The notes beneath the pieces are model-generated. The model was not told where the DNA came from. It did no database searches and was given only the letters and a program-made list of their open reading frames with translations. Both the position numbers and the translations under genes were made by a program. A DNA stretch of 64,000 nt from Eledone cirrhosa (Eukaryota), in NCBI GenBank assembly GCA_964016885.1, contig OZ024763.1:13454001-13518000 (forward strand), given 5' to 3'. Shown here piece after piece: positions 13,308 through 28,145 of the stretch; the stretch's first letter is position 1; each line of letters starts with the position of its first letter.

Positions 13308-13634
13308 CTCGAGATATTTCACAACAGCCGAATTATAATCGACAGTTTTCCTGTGGACAGCCTTCCTCATACGTTTGCCGTCAAACATAATACCCTGGCT
13401 GGCCATCATTTTCTGTTGCATGTATGTACGTTGTTGTAATTGTTGTTGTTGCTGCTGCTGTTGCTGTTGTTGTTGCTGTGATCCCTGCGGAGGCATCATG
13501 CCGCCGGGGCCTTGAGACATGGCCATCGGAGGTGGCATATTGAATCTAGGAGGCATGTTAGGTGGAGGGTGGTTCAAGTTGGGTAGCTGTGGAGGAGGCC
13601 CCGTCATTGGGGGCAAAGACACTGGCATCATCAT
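13308..13634 (-). CDS. WDR33: WDR33 coding exon 1 (Pro/Met/Gln-rich N-terminus plus [18 protein letters not shown] motif)
   Basis: Translation ends ...[27 protein letters not shown], matching the WDR33/Pfs2 N-terminal motif. Acceptor ttttccag with exon starting at 13655, ATG at 13634, donor GAG|gtattc at 13308/13307. 109 codons, phase 0. Confidence 0.93.
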
Positions 13635-13660
13635 CTTGAAGAGTTTGGGTGTGACCTGGA

Positions 13661-13765
13661 AAAAGAGATTTAAATAGAAAAATAAAGATTTAAATAGAAA
13701 AATAAAGATTTAAATAGAAAAATAAAGATTTAAATAGAAAAATAAAGATTTAAATAGAAAAAAAA
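13661..13765. repeat. 20-bp tandem repeat x5 abutting the WDR33 coding exon 1 acceptor
   Basis: (taaatagaaaaataaagatt)n. Confidence 0.9.
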
Positions 13766-14081
13766 ACAATTTAAATTATTAATACATCCATTCTGTGAAG
13801 TCGGCAATCAAATGAAGATAATACAGACTAGAGAGGAATCTTAGAGACTTGCAGAGGACGTGACAATCTCTCTGGTGTTAACACCACAATAGAATGCACC
13901 CAGTACACTCTGTAAAGTAGTAATACAGATCCCTATTCTGTTGGCTTCATTAATTTTCGATATAACACCATATTGGCAGGCTGTCCTCAAATAGGGTTTT
14001 CTATATTCTCTATCTCCTATCTTCCATTATAAGTTTGGGTTCAATGTAATCCTGAAACCTGTTACATAATTCTGCAGATGA

Positions 14082-14150
14082 CACCTGATGAGATCGCCTT
14101 CTCTCATCATAATTGGATGATAAAGCTAGGCCATTGAAATATGAATAGTG
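14082..14150 (+). ncRNA. Minimal hammerhead motif
   Basis: cac-CTGATGA(14085)-stem II (gcct/aggc, tcatc/gatga)-GAAA(14136)-tatgaa-TA-gtg. Confidence 0.55.
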
Positions 14151-14217
14151 ATTTTGCCGAATTAAAATTCTAAAGTAAATTTTCCAATCCAGCCTTCTGT
14201 TTTAATGTGTCTGTGTG

Positions 14218-14270
<53 letters not shown>

Positions 14271-14329
14271 CAAGGCTCTGAAACCATCAACACCAAAAAC
14301 ACAGAGCTGGCATATCTAAGAACTGACTA

Positions 14330-14385
14330 ACTGCCTGATGAGGTCATAGCCATACAATGGCTATCATCGAAATATATATAGCAGT
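14330..14385 (+). ncRNA. Minimal type I hammerhead ribozyme motif (Penelope pLTR type)
   Basis: actgc-CTGATGA-(atagccat/atggctat stem II)-GAAA-tatata-TA-gcagt, followed by AATAAA at 14387. Confidence 0.75.
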
Positions 14386-14791
14386 AAATAAAGGATTATG
14401 AGTTCATGCAATTGACTTATGTTTTGTCACTATATATATATATAAGCTGTAACCAGCCACTCATAACGATAAGGTATTTTTCTCAAAATAAATAACAACA
14501 TCTCAGATTAGATATTGTGTGAGATAATTATGAGATAAAGCCTTTACCATGAAAATACAATAGTATATATAGAGTAATGTAAATGCTAAAGGGTCAAGCA
14601 AAGATTTGCTACTTTCACCCTATTCTGGGATCTTCTGAAATGTCAGAAGATCCCAGAATAGAGTGAAAGCAGTGATTCTTTGCTTAAACTTTAATCTGTA
14701 CTAATAACAAATATTTGCTCAATGGTTTTTACATATATATATAATCCTTATCGAGCCCTCTTCGGATTTTGGTCTTCATAATTATTATTAC

Positions 14792-14845
<54 letters not shown>

Positions 14846-15166
14846 AATATAAATTAATACATATGATGAAACACAAATACCAACATATCTGTGTTTATAT
14901 TGTAAAAGAAATTAAGTTAGCTAGAATGAAATATACTAATTATAATATTACAGTTTGCCCATATCGATTTAAAATAATAAATCAACAAAAACAAACAGTA
15001 TTGGCAAATGCCAATTTCTTTTACAATATAAACAGATATGTTGGTATTTGTGTTTCATCATATATATTAATTTATATTTACATGTATTACACGGCTCAGA
15101 AATATTTTTTTCTTTGAGCTATTTCATTGTAAAGGAATGCTTGAGTTCTGAACTCAATACACTTAG

Positions 15167-15199
<33 letters not shown>

Positions 15200-15334
15200 T
15201 TACACATACACCAATTAAACAAAGTCACAGGTTATTGCAACTTTTCACGATGTGGCTCAATGGATGTATGTTCGATGTGGCTCGATGATGTATATATATT
15301 ATCAAATAATTCTCTGGACATGCTTTACTTTATA

Positions 15335-15382
<48 letters not shown>

Positions 15383-15479
15383 AGTAGTAATAGGTAAGTA
15401 AAAATCCAAGGTGGAGAGCAACTCAAGACCTTAGGGTAAGTTTGAATATAATTATTCCAGCCAGTATTAGTAACTGACC

Positions 15480-15481
15480 TG

Positions 15482-15529
<48 letters not shown>

Positions 15530-15577
15530 CACACACACACACACGTATGTATATGTGTGTATATATATATATAAATA

Positions 15578-15618
<41 letters not shown>

Positions 15619-15625
15619 ATATATT

Positions 15626-15658
<33 letters not shown>

Positions 15659-15665
15659 ATATATT

Positions 15666-15698
<33 letters not shown>

Positions 15699-15705
15699 AT
15701 ATATT

Positions 15706-15745
<40 letters not shown>

Positions 15746-15813
15746 TGTATGTATATGTGTGTATATATATATATATAAATATATTTATATATATATATAC
15801 ATATAAATATATT

Positions 15814-15847
<34 letters not shown>

Positions 15848-15918
15848 TGTATGTATATGTGTGTATATATATATATATATAAATATATTTATATATATAT
15901 ATATACATATAAATATAT

Positions 15919-15957
<39 letters not shown>

Positions 15958-15961
15958 TGTA

Positions 15962-16007
<46 letters not shown>

Positions 16008-16019
16008 TATGTATATGTG

Positions 16020-16087
<68 letters not shown>

Positions 16088-16131
16088 AAACCAAGATGAG
16101 CACCAGCCAACTGAGCCTTCTGGCTTAAGAC

Positions 16132-16179
<48 letters not shown>

Positions 16180-16180
16180 C
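15480..16180. repeat. Compound (TA)n/(CA)n microsatellite with higher-order duplication
   Basis: Blocks acatataaatatatttat(at)n...(ac)n atgtatgtatatgtgtg repeated about 4 times. Confidence 0.85.
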
Positions 16181-16540
16181 ATATACATACATGCATGTGG
16201 AACCATATGTAAGCTAGATGTGAACCCCCAAGCTGTCTGGGAGGCCAGTTACCCCCACTTCAGTACAGACCCATCCAACCCTTATTAGTAGGGAAAGTGG
16301 ACATTAAATGATGATGATATATATATATATATATACACACACATCTACATTTTTGAGTGCCACCTACTGTGTCTTCATCTTGTTAAATCCAATTGTACCT
16401 TGGTATTTTGCAGCGATGCTTAGTAACCCCAGCATGAACCTCTGTTAGCTATCTTTAACCCCCCCCCCCCCTATTATTTTTTCTGATTGTTCGTGTGACT
16501 AAGTTATTGTGGATCTTATACTCAACACGGTATTTGTTGA

Positions 16541-16585
16541 GCTCTGATGATTCCTGCCTAAAGGTGAGGATGAAACATTGTTAGT
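16541..16585 (+). ncRNA. Minimal hammerhead motif
   Basis: gct-CTGATGA(16544)-tcct..agga-GAAAC-att-GTT-agt, then AATAAA. Confidence 0.55.
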
Positions 16586-16686
16586 GAATAAAGAGTATGT
16601 AAGCCTTCTTTGGTTTCTTTTGCATATATATATATATATATATACATACATCAGGAGGTCATATAACTGTCCATGCATTAATAAAT

Positions 16687-16733
16687 TGCTCCGAAGAATC
16701 CAAACCTCGGTTTGGAGGAAACAGCTGTAAGCA
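16687..16733 (+). ncRNA. Hammerhead motif with CCGAAGA core variant
   Basis: tgct-CCGAAGA-tccaaac/gtttgga-GAAAC-agct-GTA-agca. Confidence 0.55.
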
Positions 16734-17606
16734 CAATAATGTTTTGAACAGTTCTTTGATTCCTATATTTCATATAACTGCTCTGTAAATCATCTGATGT
16801 CTTTACATTGAGCTACTTAACTTACTGGTAATAAGGTAGTAATACATTACTGCCTACCACTATTTAGGGTGTGTGTAAAATACTTATAACTGCATAAGGT
16901 TTTGTATTTACATAACCATAAATAGTATAACTAATACTATATATACATCTACATTTCTAAGCTTGCATCAGTTAGATGAGTCATCTACATTATGATACAA
17001 GTCTAACCAGTTGGCTGTGCCGTTCTTTGTTCAAACAGAACAGTATTTTGGCTGAATGCCCTTACTAACACCAACCACATTTACAGTGCCTAACTGGGTG
17101 GTCCTGTTATGAGACAAGTATGTTACTTCTCTTTACATTCTGTGTTCAAATCCCACTGAGGACAACACAGCCTTTCAATCCTTACTTCAGAGGTCAATAA
17201 AATAAAGTGCTAAGTAGTGGGGCCGATAAAATCGATTTTCCCCTTTGTATGCCTAAATTTCAAACAATTATTTTTAGATGGCATTTGCAACACAACAAGA
17301 GGATCATCATCATCATCATCGGTGGATTGGCAGAATCGGTAGAACGTCAGACACCGTGCTTTATAGCATAGAGTTATGGCTCTTTATGTTCTGAGTTCAA
17401 ATCCCACTGAGGTTTAACGGGGTCGATTACCAGTAACATACTGGGGTTGATTTAATTGACTTTCCCCTCTCCCCAAATTGCTGTCTTGTGTCTATAGTTG
17501 AAATTATTATTATCATCATTGTTGTTTTTACATCTGTTTTTCCACTCTTAAATGGGTTTTGAACAGAAAGAGGTGAGAGAATTCTTGCCAAATACGGCCA
17601 GTTTAA

Positions 17607-17824
17607 CCCTTTAACATTTACATTACTCTATATATATTATTGTATTTTCATGATAAAGGCTTCATCTTACATTATTATCTCACATAATATCGAATCTACG
17701 AGATTTTGATATTTATTTTGATAACAATACTTTAAAGTCAGTACGAGCAGCCAGCTATAGCCAGTTTGAACAGAAAGAGGTGACAGAATTCTGGCCAGAT
17801 ACAGCCGGTTTAAATACTAAAGGG
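17607..17824. mobile_element. piggyBac-type MITE
   Basis: TIR ccctttaacattta / taaatactaaaggg flanked by TTAA on both sides; partial copies near 6875, 14440 and 17830. Confidence 0.8.
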
Positions 17825-18675
17825 TTAAGTGAAGAGTTCTCTTACCTCTTTCTTTTCAAACCAGCTACTCATACTTATGTTAAGGTATTGTTCTCAAAAT
17901 AAATAATATCAAAATGTCATAGATTCAATATTATATGAGATAATTACGTGAAATAATGTTTACAGTTGTAAATATAGAGTAATGTAAATGATAAAGCGTT
18001 AAATACGAAACCTTTAAAACTTATAACTGTGTTTCATAGAACCAGAGGCAGTTTTAGGTGGGTTTGTATCGGAAGGGTTAAGCCAACAGTTCAAAGCTGA
18101 AGTGCAGAGTTCTAATCACAGCTACAGTAAATATGTAAACATGAAAGTTACACCTGAACTGAATTGATTATAGATTCTCATACCTGACATTCTAGTCACA
18201 TCTCTCTAACTCATTAAAAAAGTCATTAAATAACGTGTGTGTGTGTGTGTCATTCCTACTAGTCAGCAATCAATATCACCATGGTACCACAATAGGAATT
18301 ATCAAACAAGGTTTTATAATTTAAATGTCCTTACAGCTAGCAATCGATGTTATACACACACGTATATCCCTTTTAATTTCAGTTTATTTTGATCATGCCT
18401 TTATTTTTAAATGTTCTCATTCCTTGTATGCTTGATCATGCTTTATTTTTATTTATTATTTATTATATTTTTGTCTTTATTTGTTAATTTTTCATTCGCA
18501 CCGTTTCCTTTCGCTATATGTCTCTCCACCACTCCCCTACACACCTTTTGAACTCTCACCTGAAGAAGGGCTTATGCCCGAAACGTCGTCCCCCACCTAC
18601 CCCCCACTCTCCTGAGCGTGAATTTAATAAACATTTGTCGTACTGCCTCTCTGTTCTGTCCCTGTTCAATTTTTC

Positions 18676-18722
<47 letters not shown>

Positions 18723-19457
18723 TCATCAACATTTAACATCTATTTTTCCATGCTAACATGGGTTAGATGGGTCATCCACATTATGAGGCAAGTCTGGTTA
18801 TATATACACACACATATATATATATAATTGGTGTTAGATGCTTAAAGCGTCCGTATGCGGTAGGCCGTATGAGCACTCGATGCCCTCATAGAGCAGAGTA
18901 TGATATCACAGAAAAAAGAGAATCAGTGTTGTGACGAAAGGAATTTATTGGACATATTACAATTGTTTCTTGGGTGACCAGCTCGAGGCAGGTTTGATCA
19001 CCACATCGATCATGCCTCGAGCTGGTCGGAGAGAAACAATTGCAATAAATTCCTTTCGTCGCAACACTGATTCTCTTTTTTCTGTTTTATATATCATCAT
19101 CATCATCATCACCGTTTTACGTCCGTTCTTCCATGCTAGCATGGGTTAGACGGGTTGTCCTGTTGTGGGCAGTCTCTGGTCGGCTGACCATGCCTTGCTC
19201 ATACAGGAACTGATTTTGGCTTGATTTCTACAGCTGGATGCCCTTCCTAACACCAACCTCATTTACAGTGAGTGCTGGGTGCTTTTTCCGTGGCGCCTAC
19301 ACGTCTACTTTACAGTGTGGGCTGGGTGCTTTTTTGCCGTAGCACCTCCACGACCACCTTGCAGTGGGAGGGTGTGGGGGCATATTGTCTATATGCTTCA
19401 GCTTGTACCCATGGGAGGTCGGGTACTCTGTATTACTGCGTGATGCAGTATATATAT

Positions 19458-19795
19458 ATATATCATCATCATCATCATCTTACGTCCGCTTTTCCCTGCT
19501 TGCAAGGGTTGGACGGGTCCTATTCAGCACAGCATCTCTCCACTTGTCACGGTCCTTCATCATCTCCTCAGTGAGCTTCAGCGATCTGAGGTCTGCTCTC
19601 ACCACCTCCGCCCATGTTTTACGTGGTCTACCTCTACTGCGTCTTCCTCCTACTGGGATTTCTTGGCACTTCTTTACCCAGCGGTCATCCTCCATGCGCA
19701 TCACATGCCCATACCAACGCAGTCTTCTCTCCCGCACACTACAGCCTATCCCTCTTATACACAGTTTCTCTCTCAACTCGTCTATGCTTATAACA
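19458..19795 (-). mobile_element. RTE LINE 3' fragment ending ...TRPTLASREKRT* plus (GAT)n
   Basis: ORF 19480-19803. Similar fragments at 8150-8460 (-), 26120-26790 (+) and 52915-53130 (+). Confidence 0.85.
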
Positions 19796-19999
19796 GACGC
19801 CATATATATCTTATGCCATATATATTATTTCTTTTGTATGATTTTAACCACACACATACATACATAATAAGTTAGTTCCACAAAAAATGAACAAGTTGTG
19901 GAACTAACTCTCTATACTGAACTCGTCCTTTGGACTGAGTGCTCTACCAACTCTGGATATAAACTTTTGTTTTTTATATTTATTTTTATTTTTCCATTC

Positions 20000-21242
20000 A
20001 TAGCTGAATCTATGGTAGAACTAGAGAATAAATTCCAAACCTGGAAGCAGGGACTAGAGAGAAAGGGCCTCAAAGTCAACATGACAAAGACTAAGGTCCT
20101 TATAAGTAGACGAGAAAACAGAACCCAGATCCCCTCAGGGAAATGGCCTTGCTCAGTATGTAGGAAAGGTGTAGGTAGGAACTCCATTCTTTGCCCCAAA
20201 TGCAAACAATGGGTACACAAGAGATGTAGCGGGATCTCAGGAAGCTTAATTAAGAATGTAGGATTCACATGCAGCAGCTGTGCTGAAACAGCAAGCAAAC
20301 AGCCACAGGAAACAAGTACCACCAATCTCTGGGAGGGCCCTGTAGAAACAGTAGACAGCTTCTGCTACCTAGGTGACCGAATTAGCAACGGAGGTGGTGC
20401 TCAGAAAGTACAATAACTAGGGTAAGAACGGGATGGAAGAAGTTTAGGGAACTACTACCACTGCTAGCTGCAAAAGGCTTCTCCCTCAGAATGAAAGGCA
20501 GACTGTATGATGCGTGTATCCGAACAGCGATGTTGCATGGTAGTGAGACCTGGGCGCTGAAGGTGGAAGACTTACGTAGATTAGAGAGAAACGAAGCCTG
20601 CATGCTCCGATGGATGTGTAACAGTAATATATGTGAACGACAAAGCATAAATGAATTGAGAGAGAGACTGAGCATAAGAGGAATCAAATGCTGCGTGCAG
20701 GAGAGGCGGTTACGCTGGTATGGACATGTGATGCGTATGAAGGATGACAGCTGCATAAAAAGGTGCAGAGCACTAGAAGTTGATGGAAACCGCGGAGTGG
20801 GGAGACCCAAGATGACTTGGGATGAGGTGATAAAAGCCGACCTTACCCAACTACACCTCTCAAAGTCAATGACACACGACCGTGACTTCTGGCGTCACGC
20901 AGTAATACAGGGTACCCGACCTCCCATGGGTACATGCTGAAGCATATAAACAATATGCCCCCCCCCCCCCACCGCAAGGTGGTCGTGGAGGTGCCACGGC
21001 AAAAAAGCACCCAGCCCACACTGTAAAGTGGACGTGTAGGCGCCACGAAAAAGCACCCAGCACTCACTGTAAATGAGGTTGGTGTTAGGAAGGGCATCCA
21101 GCTGTAGAAATCAAGCCAGATCAGTTCCTGTATGAGCAAGGCATGGTCAGCCGACCAGACACTGCCCACAACAGGACAACCCGTCTAACCCATGCTAGCG
21201 TGGAAGAACGGACGTAAAACGGTGATGATGATGATGATGATA
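20000..21242 (+). mobile_element. 5'-truncated RTE LINE with 3' UTR module and (GAT)n tail
   Basis: ORFs 19898-20416 and 20491-20940 (LHGSETW, RLRWYGHV, GRPKMTW). Confidence 0.9.
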
Positions 21243-21514
21243 TTGTGTGCTTTACTCTGTAACTTCCCTTCTTACTCCCTCTCGAAGTTCCTGATGATAT
21301 ATATATATAAAGAAAAAGAAGTTGAAAATGCGATTAAAGTCTTTAAGAAGGTTTATTTACAATAATTTATAACTTTACCAGTTACTATCTCTCATAACCT
21401 TTGAAAATTATGAAACTTGTCAAACTGGTAAAGTTATAAATTATTGTAAATAAACCTCCTTAAAGACTCCAATTCTATTTTTACCCATGTGGGATATATT
21501 AAAAAACCTTAATT

Positions 21515-21550
<36 letters not shown>

Positions 21551-21878
21551 TATATACACATACTATTTAGCTGGCTGCTATTTCTAGTATATATACACTT
21601 CAGTTGTATAAGGGCACAACCACCTCTCTACTGTTGGTAGCATGATAAATGCACCCGGTACACTCTGTAAAGTGACTGGTGACAGCAAGGGCATCCAGCT
21701 CTAGAACATCAACCAAGGGACTGGGAAGGCTCTTCAGTTGTACCCAAGACATAACAACCTCCCTAATGCTAGTGACATAATAAAATGCACGGTACACTTT
21801 GTACTAAGGAAAGTATAGATTTGGTCTGTGACATGCCCAAAACTTGCTAGCAGGAAAAACAGACATTAAATGATGATG

Positions 21879-21928
<50 letters not shown>

Positions 21929-21954
21929 TTCATGTGTGTGTATGCACATAAATA

Positions 21955-22290
21955 TCATCATCATCATTTTACGTCCGCTTTTCCCTGCTTGCAAGGGTGG
22001 GACGGGAACTGATTCTGGCTTGATTTCTACAGCTGGGTACCCTTCCTAACACCAACCTCATTTACAGTGAGTGGTGGGTGCTTTTTTACCGTGGCACCTC
22101 CACAACCACTTTGCAGTGGAATGATAGGGACCCCAGTCCCTATCATCTCATTTCTACAGCTGAGTAAACTGGAGCAATGGTAAATAAAGTGTCTTGCTCA
22201 AGGAAACAACACATCACCCGGTCTGAGAATTGAACTCACAACCTTTCGATTGCAAGGCCAGTGCTCTAACCACTTAGCCATGTGCCTCCA
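21955..22290 (-). mobile_element. SINE family A, full length
   Basis: Near-identical to 8793-9183; a 5'-truncated copy lies at 23517-23800 (+). Confidence 0.88.
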
Positions 22291-22392
22291 TATGTAAATT
22301 ATTTCTCATTCTATCTTCTGATGGACTAGAATCTGAAATGTAAAGACTCTTTTTCTACTGTATCAACCATTAAACTGTGTTGTTTGTCTTTA

Positions 22393-23082
<690 letters not shown>

Positions 23083-24278
23083 CACACACACACACATACG
23101 TCCCCCCGTATTCGCGGGGTGTACATGCCTAGAGCATCCACGAAGAGTGAAACAGTGGTAAAAAAGGTAAATGAAAGACGGATTCTTCTCCAAGGCCTCA
23201 GCTATTGAGATGGTCTTAGACAGTTTCAAATCCTACCAATGGTGCTGCTCGGCCACTTGGGGTTAAAACATATGAGGAGCTTCTGATTCCAGAGTCAGGA
23301 TTGATCATTAATCGATTGTTCCTCGAGCTGATTGACAGTGAAACATATGTAATATGTAATTAAATATGTATATGATGTAACAGTGATTCTTTGTTCTCTC
23401 ATACATTAAGACTATTGATACTCTGCTTCCCAAGAACACTGAGTGCTGATTCAGTATACTACCTATGGACGCAATTAACTTGCACCTTAACACTTAGATA
23501 TATATGTATATATTTAAGGTTGTGAGTTCAATTCTCAGACCGGGTGATGTGTTGTTTCCTTGAGCAAGACACTTTATTTCACATTGCTCCAGTTTACTCA
23601 GCTGTAGAAATGAGATGAAAGGGACTGGGGTCCCTATTATTCCACTGCAAAGTGGTCGTGCAGGTGCCACGGCAAAAAAGCACCCAGCACTCACTGTAAA
23701 TGAGGTTGGTGTTAGGAAGGGCATCCAGCTGTAGAAATAAAGCCAGAATCAGTTCCCGTCCCACCCTTGCAAGCAGGGAAAAAGCGGACGTAAAATGAAT
23801 GAAATGAGGATATATAAAAATAGATGTACAACATTTAGGTGATACAATACCTAACAAAGAGAGCCTGTAAGACCTGAAGACAAGGGTATACACAGAGAGA
23901 TTGTGATGATCAGGGGAGGTAATTTTGGTTGATTTTAACCAGCGTGAAAAAGGGTCTCCCTCTGATCTGAGCTGGGAGCTAAACTTTTCACTAAAAAAGA
24001 TCTGGCGGTTAAACCTTACACTCAGGTCTCAGCTGGAAGTTAAAACTCTCACTCAACAACAGAGGAAAGTAGTAAAGTTGTCACACAAGTTTACAAATTA
24101 AATAAATCAAGAAAGGGGGCTTGGTTTCCTTAACGGCCAGAAAATACTTAACTACTAAACAATTGCTTACATATATACACACAAATGTATATATATATAT
24201 TTTTTTTTTTCCCCAATATGTGTGTATACTTATATATATATATATATATATTTTCCAAATATATGTGTATATTTAGAT

Positions 24279-24318
<40 letters not shown>

Positions 24319-24337
24319 CCAAATATGTGTGTATATT

Positions 24338-24398
<61 letters not shown>

Positions 24399-25721
24399 GC
24401 GCGTATGTATGTATACTCACACATGTAACCAGGGTTCATTTAGCTCAATGGTACAAAGCACACAGCCAGAATTTGAAAGGTACAGAGTTCAATTCTCTAC
24501 AGCAGCTGTTGGCCACATTTTCTGTCTATAGGGGTATTTTACCTGCTTTTCTAAAGCTCTGTACACAGATATTTTTCTGTGTTCGAGATTTTAAGCCCCA
24601 TTATTAGACTATATTATTTAGTCGACGGTAGAGGGTCAGATGCCATGCTTTGAAGCATAGAGTTACCTCCCTTTATGATCCGAGTTCAAATCCTGCCTTT
24701 CATCCTTACGGGGTCGATAAAATAAAGTACCAGTAATGCACTGGGTAATTTGCTGGCCTTGTGCCTAAAGTAGAAACAATTATTTAGTCGATTGGCAGTA
24801 TCGGTGGAGCATCAGCCCTCATGCTTTGCAGCATAGAGTTATGGCCCTTTACGTTCAGAGTTCAAATCCCACCGAGGTTAGCTTTGCCTTTCATCCTTAC
24901 GGGGTCGATAAAATAAAGCACCAGTAATGCACTGGGTAATTGCTGGCCTTGTGCCAAAAGTAGAAACAATTACTTAGTCAAAATGTTACATCAAAGCTAG
25001 GTGAACCTACATTAATCTGGACGTTACAATCACTAAACTATAAACTATATATATATATATATATATATACAGTCCACACTGTAATGTGGCCGTGTAGGTA
25101 ACACGATAAAAACCTCCCAGTCCCACACTGTAAATGTGGTTGGTGTTAGGAAGGGCATCCAGCCATAGAAAACCTGCCAGATAGTCCTATACGAGCGAGT
25201 CAACCGACCAATCTTGCCTCAAATTGGGACAACTCCCGTCTAACCTATGCTAGCGTGGAAGATAGACGTTAAACGATGATGATGATGATATTGTCATCAC
25301 CATTTAACTTCTACGCTAGAGTGGATTAGATGAGTTGTCCCGTTGTGAGACGAGTCAGATCAGATGAGCATGTCTTGCTCATACATACCTGATTTGTGCT
25401 TGGTTTCTACGGCTGGATTCTGTTCCTAATGTCAACAGTGTGTACTGGGTACTTTTTGTCAAGATACCTCCATGACCACTTAACAGTATAGGCTGATGAC
25501 TTTTTGTCATGACACCAACCTGACCACTCTACAGTGTGGACTGAGTGCTTTTTGTCATGGCAGACATCTACAGGACTAGAACTGTTTTATTTGTATGAAA
25601 CTATCAAACCTAACCTTGTAGAAGTAATTTCTATATAAAATAAAGATGCCTATACTATACCAAATTATTCAGTACCTTTTTTAACTATAGTTATGTCTTG
25701 ATCCCTATCAAGAATCCACCC

Positions 25722-25772
<51 letters not shown>

Positions 25773-25819
25773 AGAAAAAAGGAGAATCAGTGTTGCGACG
25801 AATGGAATTTATTGGACAA

Positions 25820-25853
<34 letters not shown>

Positions 25854-26336
25854 CCAATAATTGTAGGTAACACAGTAAAAAGTTCCCAGTTCCACACTGT
25901 AAATGTGGTTGGTGTTAGGAAGCGCATCCAGCCATAGAAAACCTGCCAGATAGTCCTATATGAGCGAGACACGGTCACCCGACCTACCTTGCCTCAAGTG
26001 GGACAACTCGTCTAACCCATGCTTGCGTGGAAGATGGACGTTAAACAAAGATGATGATGATGATAATAATAATATGAGATTCCGGCTTCACTTGATTAAC
26101 AATGAGCAGATTGGGTTGGAGTCAGGTCTATAGCTTTAATAGAATGGGTTCGAATAACTGCTCTCACTGCTGACAACAAAAGGTTTCTCCCTATGTACAA
26201 AAGGAAGGCTGTATGACACCTGTGTGCAGAGTGCGATGCTGCATGGTAGTGAAACATGGGCTGTGACTGAAGAGAAATGAAGCAACCTTGATTCATTGGA
26301 TGTGCAATGCAAATGTGAGAGAAAGGCAGAGTTTAA

Positions 26337-26554
26337 CCTTTTAGCATTTAATCCGGCCGTATCTGGCAAGGATTCTCTCACCTCTTTCTCTTCAAACTGG
26401 CTACAGCTGGCTGCTCATACCGACTTTAAAGTATTGTTATCAAAATAAATATCAAAATCTCGTAGATTCGATATTATGTGAGATAATTATGTAAGATAAA
26501 GCGTTTACTGTGAAAATACAATAGTATATATAGAGTAATGTGAATGCTAAAGGG
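26337..26554. mobile_element. piggyBac-type MITE (same family) inserted in an RTE fragment
   Basis: TTAA|ccttttagcattt...aatgctaaaggg|TTAA. Confidence 0.8.
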
Positions 26555-26925
26555 TTAAGGGGAATCCGAGATGGTGTGCGGGAGAGAAGACTGCGTTGGT
26601 ATAGACATGTGATGTGCATAGGCAATGACCAATGGGTGAAGAAATGACAGGAAATTCCAATGGAAGGAAACCGCAGTCGAGAATGACCAAGAAAGACTTG
26701 ATGAGAGGTTGTAAGATCTGACCTCAAATTGCTAAGACTGGCAGAGGAGATGATGAAGGAACAGGACAAGTGGAGAGATGGTGTGCAGAGAAAAACCCAG
26801 TAGATTTAAGGGAATGTAAAATATTTGATAAAAATCTACTTGATGCGCTATTTTGTTTAATCAAAGAGATTCCAATTACTAATTCAAGATTCTTCAAATA
26901 CACTTTTAGGCATTTCCACTTATTT

Positions 26926-27006
<81 letters not shown>

Positions 27007-27060
27007 TATATTGAAATCATTGGATATTGATCTATACCTTTATATATACATATATATATA

Positions 27061-27616
27061 TCATCATTTTCATCATCATCATTTCATTTTACGTCCGCTT
27101 TTTCCCTGCTTGCAAGGGTGGGACGGGAACTGATGCTGGCTTGATTTCTACAGCTGGATGCCCTTCCTAACACCAACCTCATTTACAGTGAGCGCTGGGT
27201 GCTTTTTCGTGGCGCCTACACGTCCACTTTACAGTGTGGGCTGGGTGCTTTTTTTGCCGTGGCACCTCCACGACCACCTTGCAGTGGGGGGTGTGGGGGC
27301 ATATTGTCTATATGCTTCAGCTTGTACCCATGGGAGGTCGGGTACTCTGTATTACTGCATGACGCCAGAGGTCACGGTCGTGTGTCATCACCTTTGAGAG
27401 GTGTAATTGGGTATGGTCGGCTTTTATCACCTCGTCCCAGGTCATCTTGGGTCTCCCCACTCCGCTGTTTCCATCGACTTCTAGTGCTCTGCACCTTTTT
27501 ATGCAGCTGTCATCCTTCATATGCATCACATGTCCATACCAACGCAACCGCCTCTCCTGCACACAGCATTTGATTCCTCTTATGCTCAGTCTCTCTCTCA
27601 ATTCATTTATGCTTTG

Positions 27617-27617
<1 letters not shown>
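27061..27617 (-). mobile_element. RTE LINE 3' fragment with 3' module
   Basis: ORF 27317-27691 (RLRWYGHV); closely similar to 20640-21120. Confidence 0.85.
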
Positions 27618-27663
<46 letters not shown>

Positions 27664-27805
27664 TATTCCGGGTTGAATCGGAGGTAACCACAGTAAGTAA
27701 GATACTCTATACATAGCAGAGTATAAATGTTTTAATATAGAAGAGCTTCTACAGGACCAGAACTGTTTCATTTGTGAGAAATCATCAGGAAATGTGTGTG
27801 TGTGC

Positions 27806-27846
<41 letters not shown>

Positions 27847-28105
27847 AACATATATACAGCATATGTTTACATGTTTATTTCATATTCACGATCCCATGAG
27901 CCTTCTGGGAGTTTATAAACCTTCTAGAAACAGCTGTTGCTAGTTATTTATGAGTGATGATGATGATGATGATAATAATAATAATAATAATATGAGATGA
28001 TATAAACATGTCAGTTAAATGTAATATATAAAGATGCAACTTATGCAGATGTTATATATCAGCATGTGTACATATCACATCATACACATATGTCATAAGT
28101 GCATG

Positions 28106-28145
<40 letters not shown>

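Noticed and set aside
18184-18336. Possible additional WDR33 5' UTR exon (minus-strand CAG|gtatga donor at 18184)
   Set aside because: Weak acceptor with no pyrimidine tract; cannot be supported without transcripts.
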